From the NCBI GenBank assembly GCA_964441115.1, contig CAYTXH010000003.1, positions 17,885-50,403 of the forward strand: 32,519 nucleotides of DNA, written 5' to 3'. A program made the position numbers and the translations under genes. Positions 1 through 5,712 of this stretch are shown piece after piece. Origin of the DNA: an uncultured Gammaproteobacteria bacterium (lineage in GTDB: Bacteria; Patescibacteriota; Microgenomatia; Daviesbacterales; UBA10151). The notes below the pieces were generated by a model. That model did not search any database and had not been told where the DNA came from. It was given only the letters and a program-made list of their open reading frames with translations. The first letter of the stretch is position 1. Every line of letters begins with the position of its first letter.

Positions 1-1
1 C

Positions 2-514
2 TGTTATGTTATGATGCTGTATGAATATGTTTTTTATTGTTTATTGTTGTCACAAAATGTTTTCAATGTCGCCTCATCACGAACCATTGCTCTCTATAGA
101 GCTGCTTCAACCGTGTCGTTTGTCTGTACCATTTTTACGGCGGTTTTATTATTTAATGTTGGTTTTTCTTTAAATTGGAGTTTTTATTGGAATGGTTTAA
201 TTGCCCTAGGAATTACTTTGCCATTAGCGTTTCAATTACTCTGGACAGTTGAAATGGAAGGAATCACTGCTAAATTGATTGTTACTACCTTGTTAGTATC
301 AGTAATGTCGGGACAGTTAGCGATAGCATTATCATTTTGGCCAATTGCTCATCCAATATGGGCAATCAGTCAGGCAACAGCTTTGTATATTATGTTAGGA
401 CTAACAGTCGAATTTTGGAGAGAAAGATTATCAAATAGATTTGTTATCGAATATCTATCCGTTGGAGTAATCATTTTCTTATTAGCCTATTGGTTTACAG
501 CTTGGACAGGCTAG
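2..514 (+). CDS. Polytopic integral membrane protein of unknown function, probably 5'-truncated by the window edge
   Basis: The frame is open from base 2, with no stop before the first ATG at 11. The 167+ aa product is very hydrophobic, with about five TM-length segments. TAG stop at 512-514. No catalytic motif recognised. Confidence 0.5.
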   Translation, partial: CYVMMLYEYVFYCLLLSQNVFNVASSRTIALYRAASTVSFVCTIFTAVLLFNVGFSLNWSFYWNGLIALGITLPLAFQLLWTVEMEGITAKLIVTTLLVSVMSGQLAIALSFWPIAHPIWAISQATALYIMLGLTVEFWRERLSNRFVIEYLSVGVIIFLLAYWFTAWTG

Positions 515-1702
515 GGGAATAAACGGTCGGCAGTCAGGAGCTAGCAGCTTGCAGCGAGAAGTCATTATAATTACTGCTTACCAATAACGCAGTCTGCAGA
601 AAATATATATAAAATTTTACGCACGAATTAGCCTCAATTTTTTTCAAAAAAAAGTATATTAAATCAGAATAGAGGAGGAGTGACCCATAGTTAAATGATA
701 TAGTTTGATATAGTTGTGGATAACTCCAAATAAAAAACTATAAGATATATTATTGCATAATATTGAGGCTAGAATGTGTAAAGCAATAAACATAATAATA
801 TGCTTACAGAGAGTAGTGGTTATTCTTGATGCCTCTCTTTTGTGTCATATAGCTATATTTTTGTAAATAGGTTTTCACGCGTGAAAAAAGAAAATATAGC
901 TATATGAGGTAGGAGGATAATAGGCATGATCAGGCACAATAAAAGAGTAGCTAATTAAGTTCACTGAGCACAAATCCTATTTATAGATAGTCAGCGCACA
1001 CTCTTAGTGTAGTGCTAAGCTTAATATTTGATGTCGCACAATGATGGTTATGCGACGTCAGGAGTATGTACCAAGAGTGGGGCCCGTTAATCTATAGTGC
1101 CTGTACTGTGTACCAATTTATTGATTGATTTGCAGTAGCTGACGGTACCGTTATTTTGGCCTGCTACCTACTGAAATTTTTGTCTATTTTTTTATGGTTT
1201 TTATTAGTAAATCATCAGTTATGGCTATTTTAGATTGGACTGCTATAAAGCCCTAAACTAAGGATGACGTACTAGTCATCCCATGCTCTTAGAAGCCGTT
1301 TTAGGGGCATTTTTGGGCTTCGTGCCTGAGGCTAGAATTTTGGTCAATTAGAAGCCTATTTTAGCCTCAAAATTAATAAGTGTTTGGATATCTATGTATA
1401 AAAATATGATTAAAGATAATAATCAAGCCTAAACCGATGTATGAACTCCTCAAATTGAATATTTTATAGCTACAAAGCCTATTAATTAATAAGATCCATA
1501 AATGGTTGTTATTAAATTTATAGATAAATTAAATATTTGATTTTGGTCTACCAAATTTTGTTTTCTTAAAATATTAATTATTTTTGATTAGTTTACAAAT
1601 AATAATTGCCGTAAATATCAAAATTTCTAAACATATATTCGATGTCGCACAATATTAAACACTCTTGTCGAGGCTATTTAGCATAATTGAGGCAGATATA
1701 GG
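515..1702. other. ORF-poor AT-rich 1.2 kb spacer carrying iterated 9-mers, one perfect DnaA-box 9-mer and several palindromes; function unknown
   Basis: The supplied track has no ORF of 60 aa or more on either strand here, although the rest of the window is densely coding. By eye only peptides of 30 codons or fewer are open. Repeats are detailed in the findings. Confidence 0.5.
846..906. repeat. Nested perfect palindrome (16-bp outer arms enclosing a 16-nt inner palindrome)
   Basis: CATATAGCTATATTTT (846-861) is the exact reverse complement of AAAATATAGCTATATG (891-906). Inside lies TTTTCACGCGTGAAAA (872-887), which is itself a perfect palindrome. Confidence 0.85.
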
Positions 1703-1732
1703 TTGACAGTTGTGGCCATATGTTTTTATAGT
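1703..1732 (+). promoter_or_regulatory. Sigma-70-type promoter candidate TTGACA-N18-TATAGT, ending 7 nt before ATG 1740
   Basis: TTGACA at 1703-1708 and TATAGT at 1727-1732. No Shine-Dalgarno sequence lies between the -10 and the ATG, so a leaderless transcript is implied. This promoter is incompatible with the TTG 1710 start used in the ORF track. Confidence 0.45.
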
Positions 1733-1739
1733 AGAGTCA

Positions 1740-2207
1740 ATGCCACCCAAAGAATATCCTACTACTCCTCGCTCAGCCAATACCAAATTATTATTAGTGG
1801 CGTTAGGCTGCTCTATTCTTGGTTTAGCCATTGGTTTTGGCTTAGGACAAGCTTCAGTCTCAAAATCGACTACTAGCCCTACTAATATGAACCAGACTGA
1901 GCAAAAGTCTTATTTTGATAATCAATCAGGCACAATTCAAGGCCAAATCAGTCAAATTAATGGCAATAAAGTCTTAGTTACAAACCAACAAAATCAAGTC
2001 CAAGAGTTTGAATTAAGTAATCCGATTACCATTTATAAATATGCAGATTCTAAATCCCCAGCTGATGTTTATACTGATGCCTCCGAGATCGAGTTAAACA
2101 AACCCGCTTTAATCGATGTCCAAATGGATAATGGTCAATATAAAATTGTGGTAGTCACTATTTTAGCTCCCGCCACTCCAGTTGTGACTCCACAACCAAC
2201 ACCATGA
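1740..2207 (+). CDS. Small N-terminally membrane-anchored exported protein, unknown function (first gene of the surface locus)
   Basis: The ATG at 1740 is in frame with track ORF 1710-2207. One TM helix (KLLLVALGCSILGLAIGFGLG), then a Q/N/S-rich region and a Pro/Thr tail. Its TGA stop overlaps the next ATG (ATGA at 2204-2207). Confidence 0.6.
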   Translation: MPPKEYPTTPRSANTKLLLVALGCSILGLAIGFGLGQASVSKSTTSPTNMNQTEQKSYFDNQSGTIQGQISQINGNKVLVTNQQNQVQEFELSNPITIYKYADSKSPADVYTDASEIELNKPALIDVQMDNGQYKIVVVTILAPATPVVTPQPTP

Positions 2208-4165
2208 GAAGTTTGCTGCTTTTTCTAGCCTTAGTGGTTAGCAGTTTAATGATATTTATTACCCCTAGCGTTGCTATCGCTGCTGGTCCATATCCTGAAG
2301 GTTCGATCAATTTTGACGGTAAAACAGAACGAGCTCTCAGTATTAAAAAAGGTGAGAAAATGGCTTATACAGTCAAAATTACCAAGGGAACTAAAGTCTG
2401 TGAAGTCTTAACGCCAGTTTTAAATTCTTCCGGCGGCTTTGTTCAAGGTTTAAAAACAGAATTTACAGTTAATCGAGGTCAAGAATCATTTGAGGTTAAA
2501 AGTACGCTAGATACCAGCACATTAGCTCCAGGAAAATATTATTTAGGCATGTATGCCAGAACTGGAAATTGTCCGGGTGATGTCTATGGTAATCAAGATG
2601 ATGGTTTTGATTGTGACGGAACCCCTACTTGCCACAAATATTGTGGTCAAAATGGCCGAGAAGCCACTGTCCAAGCACCTGTAGCTTGTTTAGATCGATT
2701 ATTTTATTGCTCTACCAGAAAAGATATTCCATATCCTGCTGAATATGGCGGTAATAGTTGCGGACAACCAGCTGATGGTAATTTTAAAGCCGGATCACCA
2801 AATTACCGACAAGGTGAATGTGAGTTAGTTGCCTGTGATCGTTCAGGAAAAAACTTAGACAATTTAACTTTTACAGTTACTGAAGGAACCACTACACCTG
2901 CAACTTCATCTAAGCCATCGGCATCTGCTTCAGCTTCAGTAGCACCAGGAGCTTCTGGTTCCACAACCCCAAGTAGTGCACCTACAAGTACAGTAACTAT
3001 TTTAGATTCTTCAGCTGCCGGAACGGTCACTGTTCCAGCTGAGAAATCATCTCTTTCGACTGATGTTGATTTGACCAAAGGTATTATTACTCCAACCAAT
3101 AATCAACTCACCATCGGTGATCAAACACGCAATTTATCAAGTTATAATGGTGGTGATTTAGCTGCTAAACCAGCTGATTTATCAACTGGAGTAGCCGTTA
3201 TCGGGGGAACCAAATTTAATATTGGCAAGGCAGTTAATCTTCAATCTGCCTCAAATCGAGCTACAGAATTAACTAATACGAATGTTTCTGCAGTAATTCC
3301 TAATAACACTACAGTTTTAAGTTCTAGTAGCTGGGATGGCAAAATCGTTGCTCCAAAATTAGAAGCTGCTAGTGGTGGTACTGCCCCTTCTGGTTTTCAA
3401 GTTGGATCTAATGTTGTCGTTGTCGGTTCTCGGACTCAAACATTAATTTTTGATAAGCCAGTTACTCTAACTATTAAAAATTATGGTGGTGCGGTTGGTT
3501 ATAAGCCAGCTGGTGGTAGCAAATATGAAGCCATTACTGAAGTTTGTGGTGGTAGTTATGCTCAACCAAATCCACCAAAAACTTTCCCTGGAGAATGTTT
3601 TGTTACCAATGAAGCTAAAACTGAAACAAAGATTTTAACTTATCATTTAACTGAATTCGTAGCTTTAGTTGTGATTCCCCCAGTTTCTTATATCACCGTA
3701 AATCCATCAGTTTGTATGGATCCAAAAGATGAAAATAAAGTTGCGGCTCAAATCAAATGGGCGGCTAATCCAGGGTATCAGCATTTCGTTATCGCAAGGA
3801 CAAAATGTAGTAGTTATGATCGTTGTGATGGTCAACCTGAGTTAGTTGTAAATGGTAAAGTTGCCGCTTTTACACCATCTGCTAGAGATTTTCAGGTCAA
3901 ACCCGGCGAGTTTTGGAAATACCAGATTTGGGGCTTACATCAAGGCCAACCTGATCCCGACACCAATCCTCTCTCCAATTTAAATCCAAATTATTGGTCT
4001 AGACCAGTAGTTGTTAAAATTCAAAAATGCGGAAACAGCAATAGTTTACAAATTAAAGAATTGAAAGTTGATATTACTTCTCCACAACCGAGTAACACTC
4101 CTCCCCCCTCTTGTGCTCCAGGTACTGGAAACGCTTTTCATCCTTGCCAGCCAGCTACCAACTAA
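2204..4165 (+). CDS. Large secreted surface protein: cleavable signal peptide, Cys-rich module, S/T/A-rich linker, beta-rich C-terminal region
   Basis: N-terminus MRSLLLFLALVVSSLMIFITPSVAIAAGP has signal-peptide features (AIA-AG). There is a dense Cys cluster around residues 122-213 and a linker TTTPATSSKPSASASASVAPGASGSTTPSSAPTST. No enzyme motif and no dockerin seen. Confidence 0.7.
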   Translation: MRSLLLFLALVVSSLMIFITPSVAIAAGPYPEGSINFDGKTERALSIKKGEKMAYTVKITKGTKVCEVLTPVLNSSGGFVQGLKTEFTVNRGQESFEVKSTLDTSTLAPGKYYLGMYARTGNCPGDVYGNQDDGFDCDGTPTCHKYCGQNGREATVQAPVACLDRLFYCSTRKDIPYPAEYGGNSCGQPADGNFKAGSPNYRQGECELVACDRSGKNLDNLTFTVTEGTTTPATSSKPSASASASVAPGASGSTTPSSAPTSTVTILDSSAAGTVTVPAEKSSLSTDVDLTKGIITPTNNQLTIGDQTRNLSSYNGGDLAAKPADLSTGVAVIGGTKFNIGKAVNLQSASNRATELTNTNVSAVIPNNTTVLSSSSWDGKIVAPKLEAASGGTAPSGFQVGSNVVVVGSRTQTLIFDKPVTLTIKNYGGAVGYKPAGGSKYEAITEVCGGSYAQPNPPKTFPGECFVTNEAKTETKILTYHLTEFVALVVIPPVSYITVNPSVCMDPKDENKVAAQIKWAANPGYQHFVIARTKCSSYDRCDGQPELVVNGKVAAFTPSARDFQVKPGEFWKYQIWGLHQGQPDPDTNPLSNLNPNYWSRPVVVKIQKCGNSNSLQIKELKVDITSPQPSNTPPPSCAPGTGNAFHPCQPATN

Positions 4166-4191
4166 TACCTAGCTTTGGTATCATTGGTTTA

Positions 4192-4863
4192 ATGTTAGGA
4201 CGTAATATTTTCATAGTTATCTCAGTTGTATTGTTGTTAGCTTCGATCCCGTTGGGAGTCTATTTAGTTCGTCAACAAATGGCTTTGAGAACAAAAGCTG
4301 CAACTGCCAATGTTACTCGAATTGAAATTTTAGGAAACGAAATTAATGATCTCCGAACCACCTCCGCCAATATTAAATTACAATTAGTTTATGCCGCTAG
4401 ACCAGGTGAATCATTCCCAAATAGCTATCGAATTAGTAATTATTTAGGAAATATAAATCAGGCTCCGGAACAACCATTTACTCAAAATCCTATTTTAATT
4501 GATTGGCAATTAGAACCTGGGATTGGGCCTAAAACAATTTATGCTCAATTTAAAGTTAATGATGTTTGGGTTTCTCAAGTTCAACAATCAATTATTTTAG
4601 ATGATGGCTCTACTCCGCTCCCCAACGCCACTCCAGATATTGTTACAGTAGATTTGCCTACACCAACACCAAAATCGCTGATTTATAAGCCGGGTCAAAA
4701 GTTTGATCTAAATGATGACAAAGTAGTCGATAATACCGATATAGATATCTTTTTAGAGCGTTGGAGAACTGAAAAAGTAGAACCAAATGATCCCGCGGAT
4801 TTTAATAACGATGGCCGAATTAATAATAATGATTATGCAGAGATTTTGAAGCAGGTGAAGTAA
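4192..4863 (+). CDS. Membrane-anchored surface protein ending in a dockerin-like double EF-hand module
   Basis: I prefer ATG 4192 (MLGRNIFIV...), which lies after the upstream stop at 4165, to the overlapping TTG 4111. TM helix plus LRTKAA motif. The C-terminus has two 12-residue Ca-loop repeats, DLNDDKVVDNTD and DFNNDGRINNND, with D/N at loop positions 1, 3, 5, 9 and 12. Each repeat is followed by a short helix. Confidence 0.7.
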   Translation: MLGRNIFIVISVVLLLASIPLGVYLVRQQMALRTKAATANVTRIEILGNEINDLRTTSANIKLQLVYAARPGESFPNSYRISNYLGNINQAPEQPFTQNPILIDWQLEPGIGPKTIYAQFKVNDVWVSQVQQSIILDDGSTPLPNATPDIVTVDLPTPTPKSLIYKPGQKFDLNDDKVVDNTDIDIFLERWRTEKVEPNDPADFNNDGRINNNDYAEILKQVK

Positions 4864-4866
4864 AAT

Positions 4867-4906
4867 ATAAGTGATAAGTGATAAGTGATAAGTGATAAGT
4901 GATAAG
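4867..4906. repeat. Perfect tandem heptamer array (GTGATAA) x5 plus partial units
   Basis: GTGATAA occurs at 4871, 4878, 4885, 4892 and 4899. The array fills the entire 43-bp convergent gap between the stop at 4861-4863 and the minus-strand stop at 4907-4909. Confidence 0.95.
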
Positions 4907-5266
4907 CTAGGATAATGATTTATATAAACCCCAAAGTACTGTTCCTGTTTCATCTCTAATATTACTAATTATCTGGTAATCCTCTTTGGTTAAGTATTTT
5001 TGAGAGAACGCAAAATCACATAAGTACTGAGTTTCTGCAAGTGAGCCTAATGCTATACTTATAAACCTTCTAAACTCTGGTTTACTATTTCGAGCGTATC
5101 CTTCAACAATGTTTGTTGGAATTGAAAGAGAAGCCCGGCGGATTTGTGAAGTAATACCATATATTTCTGACTTGGGAAAATGATTTGTCTTTGAATAAAC
5201 AATTTGAGCTAGGCAATCTGCTTTTTGCCAAGCAACTAAATTTTTATATCCGATTGTCGTAACCAC
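4907..5266 (-). CDS. Four-helix-bundle protein (23S rRNA intervening-sequence protein family, Avd-like)
   Basis: 119 aa with the family pattern: YKNLVAWQKA near the N-terminus, RRASLSIPTNIVEGYAR, and ALGSLAETQYL. GTG start at 5264-5266. It is antisense to the surrounding plus-strand operon. Confidence 0.85.
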   Translation of the reverse strand: MVTTIGYKNLVAWQKADCLAQIVYSKTNHFPKSEIYGITSQIRRASLSIPTNIVEGYARNSKPEFRRFISIALGSLAETQYLCDFAFSQKYLTKEDYQIISNIRDETGTVLWGLYKSLS

Positions 5267-5291
5267 TTAGCTTCGAATTATAATCCTTAAA

Positions 5292-5340
5292 TTACCAGTT
5301 GTCTCCTATTACTTATCTCTTTTCTCCCCTCACTTGTCAC
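5292..5340. repeat. Degenerate heptamer array, inverted relative to the 4871-4905 array
   Basis: Plus-strand units are TTACCAG TTGTCTC CTATTAC TTATCTC TTTTCTC CCCTCAC TTGTCAC. Reverse-complemented they read GTGACAA GTGAGGG GAGAAAA GAGATAA GTAATAG GAGACAA CTGGTAA, each matching GTGATAA at 4-6 of 7 positions. Confidence 0.7.
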
Positions 5341-5362
5341 TTTCTAGAAAACTTGCCATAAT
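5334..5362 (+). promoter_or_regulatory. Promoter candidate TTGTCA-N17-CATAAT, ending 6 nt before ATG 5369
   Basis: TTGTCA at 5334-5339 is the last heptamer unit of the array. CATAAT is at 5357-5362. No Shine-Dalgarno sequence precedes the ATG. Confidence 0.4.
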
Positions 5363-5368
5363 CTAAAC

Positions 5369-5647
5369 ATGAATGACTTAAAAAATCAGCTCACAGATCG
5401 CAAAACATTAGTTAGTCTTTTAGTTTTACTTCTCCTCGCAATTGCTCTGCCCCTCGGCATTAAATTAGCTAAAGATCAACAAATTCTCCGTTCTCGGGCT
5501 GCAGCTGATCCAATACGTTTTACTGGTGAAACTGTTCAATCTCGAGGTTCGGCTTCCCCGGTCCCAGTTATCGTCCCTAACACTAATAATGAATATCAAG
5601 TTGATCTCGAATTTAATGCTCCAAGTGCGCCTCCTTCTCAACCATGA
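5369..5647 (+). CDS. Small membrane-anchored protein carrying the shared N-terminal anchor motif
   Basis: 92 aa: TM helix LVSLLVLLLLAIALPLGIKL, then QQILRSRAAADP, then a short Pro-rich tail. It resembles the N-terminal part of the 4192 protein. A weak hairpin (TAGCCT 5650-5655 / AGGCTA 5662-5667) follows. Confidence 0.55.
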   Translation: MNDLKNQLTDRKTLVSLLVLLLLAIALPLGIKLAKDQQILRSRAAADPIRFTGETVQSRGSASPVPVIVPNTNNEYQVDLEFNAPSAPPSQP

Positions 5648-5712
5648 TTTAGCCTCCATTTAGGCTAGTATTTGTTGATCTGTTGTGATACGTTAAATTT
5701 AGCCATATTTTC

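Noticed and set aside
715-723. Calling the 515-1702 spacer the chromosomal oriC
   Set aside because: I found only one perfect DnaA box (TGTGGATAA) and no clear cluster of boxes. dnaA and dnaN are not adjacent. It is kept as one hypothesis in the findings, not as a feature call.
960-1340. tmRNA, RNase P RNA, SRP RNA or tRNA in the relatively GC-rich part of the spacer
   Set aside because: I could not find the conserved cores: GAGGAAAGTCC for RNase P, a GGGG...TCCACCA frame with a tag ORF for tmRNA, an SRP domain IV motif, or a cloverleaf. Infernal would be needed to be sure.
1710-1739. TTG 1710 and TTG 4111 as the starts given in the ORF track
   Set aside because: TTG 1710 lies inside the predicted promoter spacer (TTGACA 1703 / TATAGT 1727). 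TTG 4111 would overlap the upstream gene by 55 nt and add a non-hydrophobic extension ahead of the conserved anchor motif. The in-frame ATGs at 1740 and 4192 fit better.
2803-3099. Antisense ORFs inside large genes. Examples: 2803-3099, 6075-6269, 6445-6630, 6783-7004, 7333-7584, 8194-8421, 9031-9216, 13040-13243, 13757-13954, 14381-14566, 14760-14957, 20484-20738, 23294-23509, 24124-24324, 26493-26696, 26770-26967, 28174-28356, 29416-29700, 29750-29941.
   Set aside because: Each lies wholly within a longer ORF whose product has clear family motifs or coherent domain structure. Their own translations are low-complexity or motif-free. They are typical shadow ORFs.
4867-4906. CRISPR array
   Set aside because: The repeat period is 7 nt with no spacers, and no cas genes are present. 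It is a simple tandem repeat.
4753-4953. 66-aa minus-strand ORF reading through the heptamer array (LSLITYHLSLITY...)
   Set aside because: Its sequence is just a translation of the GTGATAA tandem repeat, and it overlaps the ends of two well-supported genes.
4907-5266. Diversity-generating retroelement, given that the four-helix protein is Avd-like
   Set aside because: No reverse transcriptase ORF is in the window. I found no template/variable repeat pair near the 3' ends of the neighbouring surface genes. By-eye screening cannot fully exclude a distant TR/VR.
5465-5659. 64-aa minus-strand ORF opposite the 5369-5647 gene
   Set aside because: The plus-strand ORF carries the TM plus QQ-LRSRA anchor motif shared with its neighbours. 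The antisense product has no features.
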